Assembly (NCBI GenBank): GCA_021107435.1
Contig: JAIOSV010000104.1
Coordinates: forward strand, 3,641-67,640
Source: Candidatus Sabulitectum sp.
GTDB taxonomy: Bacteria > Fermentibacterota > Fermentibacteria > Fermentibacterales > JCC-6
Reading direction: 5' to 3'
DNA length: 64,000 nucleotides
A model generated the notes under the pieces. That model searched no databases, was not told the origin of the DNA, and worked only from the letters and a program-made list of their open reading frames with translations. The translations under genes and the position numbers were made by a program. Of this stretch, positions 51,346 to 60,891 are shown in pieces (position 1 is the stretch's first letter; each line of letters begins with the position of its first letter).

Positions 51346-52574
51346 CCCGACGACGGCAGCTGGTTTCGAATGCAGTCGGAGAGTCTCTTTGCTGCTTCCG
51401 CCAGCTGCTCCTTTGAGGCGAACGAAAAGTTGATTCTCATGGTGTTCTTCCGAGGATTCTCCCCGAAGAAAACATCCCCGGGCACGAATGCCACCTTGAA
51501 TTTGATGGCTTCGTAGAACAGCTCGTGGGTATCAATTCCTTCGGGTACTGTGACCCAGAGGAAGAGACCTCCTTCCGGTTTGGTCCAGGTAACACCCATT
51601 TCTTCAGGGAAACACTCTTCCATGGTTTTAAGAAAGACTTCGAGCTTCGCACGATAGTAATTCCTGCACTTCAGAATGTGTTCTTCCATGCCCATCTCGG
51701 TGAGAAAGGCAGCGCACATATCCTGATTGTACTTGGGGGTGTTCAGAACATTCCCCTCTTTGATGTTGGTCAGTTTCGCAATAACTTCGGGAGGACCGAT
51801 GTTGAAGCCTATTCTCAGACCGGGGCAGAAGAGTTTTGAAAAAGTGTACAGACCAATGACATTACCGCCACCGCGCTGCTGATCCAGTGAGTAGATGGAA
51901 GGAATGGTCTCTCCATAGTAACGGAAGTCCCGGTAGGGGCTGTCCTCCAGAATCGGGATGTTGTGGTCTCTGCTTAAATCGATAAGAGCAAGTCTTTTCT
52001 CCAGACTCATGGTTATACCGGAAGGATTCTGGAAATCAGGAATAACATAGATGAACTTGGGTTTCCTGCCCTCTTCCTCCATAGCTTCTATTTTTGAGCG
52101 AAACCCGTCAACATCGGAGCCATCCTCCTGAATATCCACACCGGCGAACTCAGGACGCTGCATCTGGAACGCGACAATTGCTCCCGCGAATGTAGGCCGG
52201 TCCAGCAGAGCAGTATCTCCTGGATTAAGGAAAAGTCTTCCGATAAGATCCAGACCGTGCTGCCCTGATGATGTTACCATGATATTGTCATGGGTCACTT
52301 TGATATTGTCTCTTGCGAGAAACTTAACAATGGCATCAAGAAGAGACGGCTCGCCCTTGATTGCAGTGTACTGCATTACTTTTTCAAGATTCTCTTCAAG
52401 TATCTTTCCGGAGGCAAGTCTCATCTCGTGCTTCAGGAACATATCCGGTGAAGGTAGTCCTCCGGCAAGCGATATGATCTCAGGATCTTTGAGAAGATCA
52501 AAGAGTTTGCCGATGGAGTACCCTCCATACACGCTGATATTGTCTGAAAAACGCGAATTCCAGTTCTGTATCAT
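51342..52574 (-). CDS. PLP-dependent aminotransferase class I (LysN/MocR-like)
   Basis: SLAGGLP, PDFQNPSG, EDSPY, TFSKLFCPGLRIG, PEGGLFLW. Confidence 0.92.
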   Translation of the reverse strand: MIQNWNSRFSDNISVYGGYSIGKLFDLLKDPEIISLAGGLPSPDMFLKHEMRLASGKILEENLEKVMQYTAIKGEPSLLDAIVKFLARDNIKVTHDNIMVTSSGQHGLDLIGRLFLNPGDTALLDRPTFAGAIVAFQMQRPEFAGVDIQEDGSDVDGFRSKIEAMEEEGRKPKFIYVIPDFQNPSGITMSLEKRLALIDLSRDHNIPILEDSPYRDFRYYGETIPSIYSLDQQRGGGNVIGLYTFSKLFCPGLRIGFNIGPPEVIAKLTNIKEGNVLNTPKYNQDMCAAFLTEMGMEEHILKCRNYYRAKLEVFLKTMEECFPEEMGVTWTKPEGGLFLWVTVPEGIDTHELFYEAIKFKVAFVPGDVFFGENPRKNTMRINFSFASKEQLAEAAKRLSDCIRNQLPSSG

Positions 52575-52609
52575 GAGAGATTCACCTCCGGATTCTGATT
52601 GTTATTGAC

Positions 52610-53860
52610 TTAACGCTTCTGTGAACTCTCGGCAAAGATGGCCCTGATGCCCTTTTTCATCATAGCTCTGCCATCCTTTGAGGCCCTGACAGCTTTGTTG
52701 AAAATGACTTCGCCAATCTCCATGCCAATGGCTTCGCGCTCTTCCTCGGATATGAAGTAGGTGCCCATGGTATCAAGTTCATGCGCGGTGCCATCGCTCT
52801 CATACTTGAAGGTCATGTTTGTGCCGCTCTCAAGAACTTTAAACATGTGATCTGTCCAGTTGAAACCAGGCATGCCCAGATCGGGGTTAATGTAGATGTG
52901 AGCAGCAAGACTGATACCCTTGATACCGCTTGCGTCCAGTTCCTTTGCGCACTGGATGAAGTTGGCTGCCGTGCTTCCGTTGCCAATGTTGATCTCGTAG
53001 ATGGGCGAGGTGCCGTCTTCGCGGATGTACTCGTTCATGATGTTCAGAAGCATCCTGAACTGAATCGGGTTCTGTGTGGCAAGAAGCATTGAAATCTTGA
53101 TGTGAAGATTGGGCAGATCACGACCGTAGTAGCAGATTGCGACAATGGTACTCCAGCTTGGGTTCAGGAAGAAATTCCCGCCGGTCGCAAGGGCTGTGCG
53201 GGTAACGCCATCGAGATAAATCAGATGGTTGTTGTTGGCCACTTCAATTCCGCCGAAATTACCGAAAGGAGTACCCTGGTTCTTCAGGGTAAGGGCGCAG
53301 GTTCCATTTTCACATTCATATCGCTCAAATTTTTCTCCTGTAACAGCTTCAAGCTCTCTGAACCTGGCTTCTGGCTGCGGTATTCCGATAAGATTTGTGC
53401 TGCAGAACTTGCTGGCTTTCATGATGTTTTCAGCCATTGCAAGTGTTGCCATAAGATCACCATTGTAAATGTAGTTGTCGGTGAGGGCCACTACTGATAT
53501 CATCTCCTGCGGGGCGAAGCATGGCTCTGCGGTTTCAGCGCTTTCCGCTATCCGTTTAATCGAATTATGAGTAACCTTGGCCCCCTGGAATCCTGAAACC
53601 TGGCTTGTTCCTATCCCAAGAGAATCATTGTAGACTATTCCATTCGCCTTCTCAAAATCCGATACCTGAGCGAATTTGAGAACATTGGCTTCCGCCTCTT
53701 CGATTATTTTCCCGAAGCCCTTTTCAGCAAGGATCCGCTTCCTTGTTTCGAAATCCCGCATTTTCCTTATGGTCTTCACAATGTGATCTGCTCCACCATG
53801 ATGATTCTTAAGAGCGTCCATGGCTTTCATATCGGCATCTGACAGTAGCGGATACTTCAT
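52610..53860 (-). CDS. Uncharacterised protein (~416 aa), first gene of the thrC operon
   Basis: Long ORF with AGGAGG RBS before MKYPLL; co-oriented and closely spaced with the aminotransferase. Confidence 0.8.
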   Translation of the reverse strand: MKYPLLSDADMKAMDALKNHHGGADHIVKTIRKMRDFETRKRILAEKGFGKIIEEAEANVLKFAQVSDFEKANGIVYNDSLGIGTSQVSGFQGAKVTHNSIKRIAESAETAEPCFAPQEMISVVALTDNYIYNGDLMATLAMAENIMKASKFCSTNLIGIPQPEARFRELEAVTGEKFERYECENGTCALTLKNQGTPFGNFGGIEVANNNHLIYLDGVTRTALATGGNFFLNPSWSTIVAICYYGRDLPNLHIKISMLLATQNPIQFRMLLNIMNEYIREDGTSPIYEINIGNGSTAANFIQCAKELDASGIKGISLAAHIYINPDLGMPGFNWTDHMFKVLESGTNMTFKYESDGTAHELDTMGTYFISEEEREAIGMEIGEVIFNKAVRASKDGRAMMKKGIRAIFAESSQKR

Positions 53861-54227
53861 CGGTTCCTCCTGTTCAACCTCATACGAGGTTCGCCTGTGC
53901 AAGGCAGTTATAAAAAGAAAATACCCCTTTTCTATCTTCCCCCTCTAATTTGACTAAATACGAGAGAAAATACACCTTTCGGCTCTGTCCAGCAATAAGG
54001 GTACAGGGCACCGAATGTGTCACAATCTCTGCGGGTGATGAATCAAACAAAACGGCATGAGAATACGAATGATGTTGTCATAACACCCTCCCTCTTCTCC
54101 AGGGATTCCTGTATGCCGAAAGCAGTAATGTTATCAACTCCTGGAACATTCTGATTGCTCGCAAGTACTTATCTTCTGTACCTGAATACTACTTGCAACA
54201 ACTCATGAGCAGTGAAGGAAAAAGCTA

Positions 54228-56528
54228 ATGCTGAGTCTGACGATAGTGCTGCTTTGTGCCGGTTTCATTGAGATTGAAGTACATCCTGACCTTAACGGTT
54301 TGCATGTAATCAGCGAAGGCGTATTCCATCAAATTGTTTTACCTGATTCCCCTTTTCTGGGTTTGGAAGGAGAGCCGGATCTCCCCTTTATGCCTTTGAG
54401 ATTTGCTCTGCAGAGCGGGCAGACGACCAGTAATGTAATTCTTCGCAACTGCCGATATGATACGCTTCCCGGTTTTTACGATCTTGCGCCGGTAACTCCG
54501 ATTCTATGCACTACTGGCACTGAAACCCCTTTCGTCTCACCTGATGCGCGTATTTATTCAAGTGACTCATTCTATCCTGAAAATCTACTGGAGCACTGGC
54601 AATCCGGAGTGCTGTGGGGAATGTCACTGGTAACTGCCTGGATAAGGCCTGTTCAATGGAACCCGGTTACCGGACAGATACGGATTCTTCGCATGTCTGA
54701 AGTTGTTGTTGAATGCACAGAGGATCTCCGAAAACCAATGATTCGAGCAAGAACACAGTGGAGTGAAAACAGAGCCCTGGAGATTCTGGAAACCACAGTA
54801 CTTAATCCTTGTGACATTTCTTCCTCCAGAGCCGCTATCGTCGAACCGGGGCAGTTACAATACGGACAGTATGTAATTATCACAGCTCCCGAGTACCTGA
54901 TTCCCATGCAGGAGCTTGCAGACTGGAAAACAGCCAAGGGCATTCCAGCTGGAGTCTTCACGACGGACTGGGTTCAGAACAACTACCCGTGCCTTGATCT
55001 CCAACAGAGTGTACGGGCCTTTTTGACAGACTGCAGAGATGAGGGGGTCGATTTCGTTCTTCTAACGGGAGATAACGATATCTTCGAGGCTCGATTTACT
55101 TATCCGAATCAGTCCTCTTATACTCCACTTCCCTCTGATCTTTACTACGCTGACAACAACGACATTCAGCCCGGTTTTGATATGTGGGACAGCAATGGAA
55201 ACGGATTATGGGGAGAACCGGAAGACAGTCTCGACTGGCATCCCGACCTCTGGGTGGGCCGGGCATCGGTCAACAGCCTGGAAGAGGCGGAGATATTTGT
55301 GGACAAGGTCCTGATCTACGAACACGTCCAGACTGTCCCCGTGCTTCAGAACTCCGGCAGAAGATGGCCGGAAGAAACGCTGTTCGGGTATACAACGGGT
55401 TTCCTGCTTGAGGGGTCTGCAGCCCCGGGAAGCAGGTATGCTGAGTCTATCTCAGTCAATGTTCCTTCTTTCTGGTTGGAAGAGAAGTGCTATGAATCAT
55501 GGGGCAACAACTCAGCAGAAATCACGATTGCCATGATTAATAACGGCCCTCATCAGGTTTTTCATGCCAACCATGGTTTTGCAACCGGTATGTACACTGC
55601 ATACGGAGATATATTCACTGTAGAAGACATTATGGAGTTACAGAACATCTCAAACTCGGGAAACGTAGCCATCTGGCATTCGATAGCCTGTGAACTGGGG
55701 GCCTTTGATACCCTGACATGCTGTGCTGACGCCTGGCTGAATGCCCCGGAAGGCGGTGGATTCGCCTGCATGAACGCGCGGCCAGTCTTAGCAAGCTACA
55801 GTTTTCCCATATGTGAACAGTTCTATAACGCCTTCCTGGTCAATAATTTTTATGAGCTAGGCATTGCTCATGGTATGTCACTGGACTACCTGTGTCCACC
55901 AACGAGTGAGATGGCAGGCTGCATAATACAGGGCAACAACCTGTTCGGGGATCCGGAGCTACCAATGTGGACGCTGCCCGGCGGCTCAATGATTGTAAGC
56001 TGCCCCTCCAGTATTGATGGCAGCTCTCAGATTCCAATACAGGTTTCGACATCAGAGGGTTTACCAATCGAAGGTGCCAGAGTATGTCTTCAGAAGGGGA
56101 ACTGGCAGACCGGGGAAATCTATGAAGTTGGCTATACTGATATTGCAGGCCAATTGTCTTTGTACGCAAATCCCCAAACTCTTGGTGAAATCAATTTGAC
56201 AGTGTGGGCTCACAACTTTGATCCAGACAGCAGGAGCATAACAGTCAGTTCTCTGGAGAACATTACTATCCCCCGGCGCATCCTGATGAAGATCACCCCG
56301 AATCCATCAACAATTTCTGTTCAAATACAGTTCTCACTTCCCTGGCCTGCGGAAGTGCAACTGAGTGTATTCGATATCTCAGGCCGCATTGTTTCTATTC
56401 CGGCTTCAGGACAGTATGGTTGCGGTCTCCACGCAGTAACAATAGATGATCTTCAACCTGGAATTTATTTTGCAAGAATTGAATCAGGTGATTTCTCTTC
56501 AACAATCAATTTCGTTCTAATCGACTGA
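54228..56528 (+). CDS. Peptidase C25 (gingipain-like) with propeptide and T9SS-type CTD
   Basis: LADWKTAKG, SDLYYAD, PDLWVGRA, NHG/IAC His-Cys dyad, NLFGDPEL, ITPNP...VFDISGR...PGIYFAR. Confidence 0.9.
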   Translation: MLSLTIVLLCAGFIEIEVHPDLNGLHVISEGVFHQIVLPDSPFLGLEGEPDLPFMPLRFALQSGQTTSNVILRNCRYDTLPGFYDLAPVTPILCTTGTETPFVSPDARIYSSDSFYPENLLEHWQSGVLWGMSLVTAWIRPVQWNPVTGQIRILRMSEVVVECTEDLRKPMIRARTQWSENRALEILETTVLNPCDISSSRAAIVEPGQLQYGQYVIITAPEYLIPMQELADWKTAKGIPAGVFTTDWVQNNYPCLDLQQSVRAFLTDCRDEGVDFVLLTGDNDIFEARFTYPNQSSYTPLPSDLYYADNNDIQPGFDMWDSNGNGLWGEPEDSLDWHPDLWVGRASVNSLEEAEIFVDKVLIYEHVQTVPVLQNSGRRWPEETLFGYTTGFLLEGSAAPGSRYAESISVNVPSFWLEEKCYESWGNNSAEITIAMINNGPHQVFHANHGFATGMYTAYGDIFTVEDIMELQNISNSGNVAIWHSIACELGAFDTLTCCADAWLNAPEGGGFACMNARPVLASYSFPICEQFYNAFLVNNFYELGIAHGMSLDYLCPPTSEMAGCIIQGNNLFGDPELPMWTLPGGSMIVSCPSSIDGSSQIPIQVSTSEGLPIEGARVCLQKGNWQTGEIYEVGYTDIAGQLSLYANPQTLGEINLTVWAHNFDPDSRSITVSSLENITIPRRILMKITPNPSTISVQIQFSLPWPAEVQLSVFDISGRIVSIPASGQYGCGLHAVTIDDLQPGIYFARIESGDFSSTINFVLID

Positions 56529-56636
56529 TAGAAAACTCCTGAATCACATGACATCCCGTAGGGAATGCTTTTCGAACTTTAAGAAAAATTCTGGAGTGTA
56601 TACTCGTAAATTAAATACAGATAGTTTCAGGCACAA

Positions 56637-56891
56637 TTACTTATTGATTAATTCAGATACTGCTCTTCGCACATACTCATCAAATTTCGGAACTGTAAAA
56701 GCAATAAGACCTCTTTCGGGACTGTAGGTTATTCCCTTGCCAATGATCTCTTTTCTAATTGGTGCTGCCTGCTTTACAGAAATTCCCAGCACATCTGCTA
56801 CTTCTGTTGAGTTGGACGGTCCTGAACCCAATTCTGCCATAGCACGGACATACATCCGCATGCTGAGTCTCCAGTGCATATATGTCGGCAA
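56637..56891 (-). pseudogene. C-terminal fragment of an AAA-type ATP-binding protein
   Basis: YVRAMAELGSGP...IGKGITYSPERGLIAFTVPKFDEYVRR resembles the wHTH tail of these ATPases; N-terminal part absent. Confidence 0.6.
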
Positions 56892-57015
56892 CGATCTTTG
56901 ATTGGCGGTTTCTCAGGTGGTATGGTCTGTTTCAAGCAGGAATCGGAGGCTTATTGGGACGGATGGACTGCTTTGTGAGCAGGTTATGGGATTGCGGAAA
57001 ATCCATTGTCCTATT

Positions 57016-57142
57016 GCTTAATGTTCTGCGTGTGCGGCGGAATCAGCAGGATTCCGTCGTAAACAAACTGACCAGCAGTTTGAATCGGAACGATTTAAGC
57101 AAAGAACACTAACCAGCTTACGCGATGACACGCTTGTTATGT
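57016..57142 (-). mobile_element. Integron attC-like site
   Basis: R'' ACATAAC shortly after the APH stop, arms GCGTGT...ACACGC, R' (A)TTAAGC; 127 bp. Confidence 0.65.
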
Positions 57143-57164
57143 GCATTTTCACAATTATTCAGCT

Positions 57165-58103
57165 TTAATCTATTTTTTCTAAAAGCTTTAAGGCAAAATC
57201 ATAGCTCTCTTTTTGATCAGTTTTTGCATAAAACCTTAAGGCATCTAAACCAAAATAGTATTTATAACAATTTATTCTTTCGTAGTAATTTTCCGTTTTC
57301 ATATTTTTTGATTCTAAATACTCTTTAAACTTTTCAATAATGTAATTACCTAATAAATCAGAAAACCAAAAACCAAAATATGTGAAATCCAATAAGAAAT
57401 CACCATATCTTGAATCTTGCCAATCTATGATTGCCGATATTTTTTTATTGTGAACTATAATGTTTGAAAAACTAAAATTTCCATGCATGAAATACCTATC
57501 CTCAGGGAGATATTTAAGTAATTCTTTCATTTTTTGATAATAAAATTCATAAGTTCTTCTATCCAAAAAAGTTGTTTCAAACAAATCGTACCATTTACCG
57601 TAAAATAGTTCGTCTGGTTCTTCTTCCATTACAAAATTGATATGATCTCGCCATGTGGAAAACCATCCATTTCCCCCAGAACTAAACCAACCATATCCAG
57701 TTGTATTTTTAATATCAATTTTTGAGATATTTATTAATGCATCAAAAATGAAAGGCAAAAGTTCTTTTATCTCAGATTCACTTAACTCCTGTAATTTCTT
57801 ACCTTTCACTTCTTCAGTTATGGCATAGTGTATACCATTGATTACATCACGTTTTACGACATTTCGTACAGGAATGTTTAATGCCTTAAATCTATCAAAA
57901 TAATCTAATTCTTTTCCAGTTCCTCCCGACATGTTTGCTTGATTAAATTGAATAAAGAATTTGTTCTTACCAATATTGAATGAATAGGTTTTAGCAATTT
58001 CTCCTCCGGGTATTTCCGTTAAATTTTCAAAATGAATATTGAAATTACTATCAATAATATTTTTTAGATCTTTTTTACTTATTTTAGGCTTCTCATATTT
58101 CAT
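57165..58103 (-). CDS. Aminoglycoside phosphotransferase, APH(4)/hygromycin-kinase-like, in an AT-rich cassette
   Basis: TTGYGWF...GWFSTWRD, HGNFSFSNI, IIDWQDSRYGD; strongly AT-rich relative to neighbours. Confidence 0.8.
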   Translation of the reverse strand: MKYEKPKISKKDLKNIIDSNFNIHFENLTEIPGGEIAKTYSFNIGKNKFFIQFNQANMSGGTGKELDYFDRFKALNIPVRNVVKRDVINGIHYAITEEVKGKKLQELSESEIKELLPFIFDALINISKIDIKNTTGYGWFSSGGNGWFSTWRDHINFVMEEEPDELFYGKWYDLFETTFLDRRTYEFYYQKMKELLKYLPEDRYFMHGNFSFSNIIVHNKKISAIIDWQDSRYGDFLLDFTYFGFWFSDLLGNYIIEKFKEYLESKNMKTENYYERINCYKYYFGLDALRFYAKTDQKESYDFALKLLEKID

Positions 58104-58140
58104 GTATTATTCTTTCTTACTATTATTCATGCTAAAATGC

Positions 58141-58185
58141 ACATAATGAATGTATTCCCGAACAAGTTCGTGGATATCTAACTTT
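58141..58185 (-). mobile_element. attI-like site at the 5' end of the cassette
   Basis: Core (A)TTATGT preceded by imperfect inverted repeat tatccacgaac/gttcgggaata. Confidence 0.35.
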
Positions 58186-58723
58186 ACATTTCCCTAAATT
58201 GAGCGGTTCGCTTGTTTTCACTCACAAATCATCATAAATCACCTCTGCTTTCCAGTCAATCTTCCAAGCACAGTCTTTCAGACTCCTCTTAACCCCAACA
58301 TCATCATACTGCAGAATACTTTCCTCCTATAATCCTCTGGAGTGAATTGCTTGCCAGTGTCAATAACTCACCTCTACCAGCAAGCTCCAATGGAGGGGCT
58401 CCAGGGCTATATGGATTCTTAATTGGATTCATTATATAGGGATTCCATGTTCTCAGGTGAATGACTTTTGCACAACTGCGAAATTCTCATCCTCTTTCTA
58501 TCCTCTGCTTGAGAAGAGTAGCCCTCCTGGTTATTTGGTTCAAATACACTAACTACTACTAACTTCATTAGAATTAAACTCTTGATTCGAAAAGTCAACG
58601 CTAACCTGTTGGTGTAATATGTCTAATTTGGGTAGAGCTTCTCATAAAACACTATGATGAAAGCATATCCCGGTGCCATAGTAAACACTTTAGATTTGGA
58701 GCGAAAAGTTCTAGGATTCCATA

Positions 58724-58752
58724 TGGCACCCAGTAGTGGACACTTATCGAAC
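58724..58752 (+). repeat. tRNA-3'-end-like att repeat, copy 1
   Basis: TGGCACCCAGTAGTGGACACTTATCGAAC. Confidence 0.85.
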
Positions 58753-58796
58753 AATTTGTAGAAGGAGTTCTACAGCTCTGTAGAAGTTGTTCTACC

Positions 58797-58825
58797 TGGC
58801 ACCCCGTAGTGGATACTCTTAGAAC
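58797..58825 (+). repeat. tRNA-3'-end-like att repeat, copy 2
   Basis: TGGCACCCCGTAGTGGATACTCTTAGAAC. Confidence 0.85.
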
Positions 58826-58924
58826 TGTAAGAACCGGGTTATCACAAGACGGTAATAAGGATGATTGATTGAATAGCAGCCAACTGAAACAATATGAATA
58901 GATTCAATCTTGCTCGGTGTAAAG

Positions 58925-59434
58925 TCAGTGTATCGCTAGCCCAAGCCCAAACCCAATGTAAGCATCTGGATCGAGCTCCCAGCCAATATCTTCTGCATTG
59001 TCCACCATCAGCCCAACACCAAAGCTGGGTTCCAGGTCGATTTGAACTCCGGTGTCTTTCAGATTGCACTTCCAACCGAGTTTCATACCAGTGTTAATGG
59101 ATTCAATCATGTCACCGCTATCCGCCCATTTTAAAGCAGCTCCAGTAATTCCAGATATAAAAAAGCCAGAATATCCTTTAGCTTTATATCTTCTAAATTC
59201 TGCATCCACTCCGAAGCCCCACATTTGTGAATCAAAGAACGAATCTGAATAGAGGAACGAACCACCTGAAAAAAGTATGGAATATTGCGGGTGTTCTTCC
59301 AGCTCAATTTCATAACCATAGGACAGTGTCACGTTCTCAATTGCTGAAAAATCAATATTCCTCATCCTGTTAGGCACCATGGAATCCGCTACAGCAAACC
59401 CATTAGAAAACAACACTATAACCAGTAAAACCAT
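58925..59434 (-). CDS. Hypothetical outer-membrane beta-barrel-like protein
   Basis: Signal peptide (AVA), alternating strands, GAGGA RBS. Confidence 0.65.
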   Translation of the reverse strand: MVLLVIVLFSNGFAVADSMVPNRMRNIDFSAIENVTLSYGYEIELEEHPQYSILFSGGSFLYSDSFFDSQMWGFGVDAEFRRYKAKGYSGFFISGITGAALKWADSGDMIESINTGMKLGWKCNLKDTGVQIDLEPSFGVGLMVDNAEDIGWELDPDAYIGFGLGLAIH

Positions 59435-59570
59435 TTTATTCCTCTTCCATTATGTACTTGTTGTATTACGGGGAAAGGAATTTGTTCCGATTCTACTGGG
59501 AAATCAATTGTTTATGAGCAACCAGTAGTGGACACTTTGGAACTTTAGGTGAAAGTTCGATAATTTCTTC

Positions 59571-59599
59571 TGGCACCCCGTAGTGGATGCTTTCGGAAC
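59571..59599 (+). repeat. tRNA-3'-end-like att repeat, copy 3
   Basis: TGGCACCCCGTAGTGGATGCTTTCGGAAC. Confidence 0.85.
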
Positions 59600-59676
59600 T
59601 GATTTCAGGAAATCCACAACAAGGAAGTCTGGACTTCTCTGATACCCAGGTCTTATCTTTCAAATAACAGAGAGGA

Positions 59677-59901
59677 ATGAACATGGATATCAGTTTTCAG
59701 TTAGAAAAGATGACGATTCTGGAAAAGCTCCAGACGATAGAAGAAATCTGGAAAAATCTAGCAGAATCTTCTAACAGTATACCATCTCCTTCCTGGCATA
59801 ATGATGTACTTCTTGCCAGAGCGGGAAGAGTTGAAGAAGGCTCATCACAATTTTCTGACTGGTCTGAGGCAAAAGACCGAATCCGCAACAAAACCAGATG
59901 A
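59677..59901 (+). CDS. Addiction module antitoxin (TIGR02574-like)
   Basis: MTILEKLQTIEEIW..L, PSPSWH, DWSEAKDRIR; overlaps toxin start. Confidence 0.85.
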   Translation: MNMDISFQLEKMTILEKLQTIEEIWKNLAESSNSIPSPSWHNDVLLARAGRVEEGSSQFSDWSEAKDRIRNKTR

Positions 59902-60203
59902 TTATCCAAGTTCTTGATGATGCTGAGCAGGATCTGATAGATGGATTTAATTTCTACGATTCTCAGGAACTTGGTCTGGGTGACTACTTCATTGATTCTC
60001 TTTTCTCTGATATAGACTCTCTACACCTTTATGCTGGCATTCATCCCATAAGATTCAATTACCACCGCATGCTTTCCCAACGATTCCCATTCGCAATCTA
60101 CTACGAAATAGAAGGGAATACTGTTAAGATATGGGCTGTACTGGATTGCCGACGGGATCCTGTTTCTACCGAGAAAAGGCTGAGGAATCTGGAGCTGAAG
60201 TAA
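59898..60203 (+). CDS. RelE/ParE-family toxin
   Basis: AEQDLIDGFNFY, LGDYF, RFPFAIYY, AVLDCRRDP. Confidence 0.88.
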   Translation: MIIQVLDDAEQDLIDGFNFYDSQELGLGDYFIDSLFSDIDSLHLYAGIHPIRFNYHRMLSQRFPFAIYYEIEGNTVKIWAVLDCRRDPVSTEKRLRNLELK

Positions 60204-60231
60204 TAGCTAATTCTTCCGCTAATCCAAAAAC

Positions 60232-60260
60232 TGGCACCCCATATTGGATACGTTTCGAAC
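60232..60260 (+). repeat. tRNA-3'-end-like att repeat, copy 4
   Basis: TGGCACCCCATATTGGATACGTTTCGAAC. Confidence 0.85.
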
Positions 60261-60475
60261 ACCACTGGAATAAGATGCAGCATTTCTACTGGAAGAAATC
60301 ACAGTACATGTGAGGATACATTTTCTTCCAATCACAGATATGTAGAATCAAGTAATACCTTGTCGAGATCTCAAGAAACTTGACGCCTTATCACATTAAT
60401 GTTATATAACCTCTGCGTGATAAAACCCTGTGTGTTTTTATGTATTTCTGCAAAGATGATGGAAAGTGAGGTATT

Positions 60476-60873
60476 ATGCAATGTGAGATTGAGTATGCCG
60501 ATGAGTTTGGTGATTGGTGGGAAGAGCTATGCGAAGATGAACAGGATTCAGTTACTACTTATCTGAATCTGCTTGAAGCTAGAGGAGTTAAACTTGGTTT
60601 CCCATACTCTTCGGGTGTCGAAAGCTCAAGACACAGCCATATGAGAGAATTAAGAGTACAGCACAGGGGAAACCCATATAGAGTTCTATATGCATTTGAC
60701 CCAAAAAGAACTGCTATTCTTCTAATAGGGGGATGCAAAACTGGAAACAATAAAACAATAGATGGTACGATGAGTTCGTTCCCATTGCTGATAGAATTTA
60801 TGATGAGCATGTCGAAAATTTGAAAAAGAATATTGAAATGAAACCTCCAACCGCCCCAAGGGGCGGGGAATTA
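60476..60873 (+). pseudogene. HigB/RelE-like (Gp49-type) toxin, frameshifted
   Basis: LGFPYSS, HMRELRVQH, YRVLYAFDP.R.AILLIGG; 8-bp duplication at 60745-60760 shifts the conserved RWYDEFVPIADRIYDEH tail out of frame. Confidence 0.8.
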
Positions 60874-60891
60874 GACCCTCCTCAGATTAAA
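60838..60891. repeat. Small palindromic REP/IS200-IS605-end-like element
   Basis: ccgccc-caa-gggcgg hairpin followed by ggaattagaccc...agattaaa, between toxin and antitoxin. Confidence 0.35.

Noticed and set aside
2869-53497. Numerous antisense and overlapping ORFs in the track (e.g. 2869..3411, 4838..5551, 6694..7311, 9694..10287, 44122..44712)
   Set aside because: Shadow ORFs of well-supported genes with no motifs of their own.
58190-58670. Integron integrase remnant beside the attI-like site
   Set aside because: No tyrosine recombinase motifs (HxxRH, LLGH) recognisable in the frames I read; only short broken ORFs.
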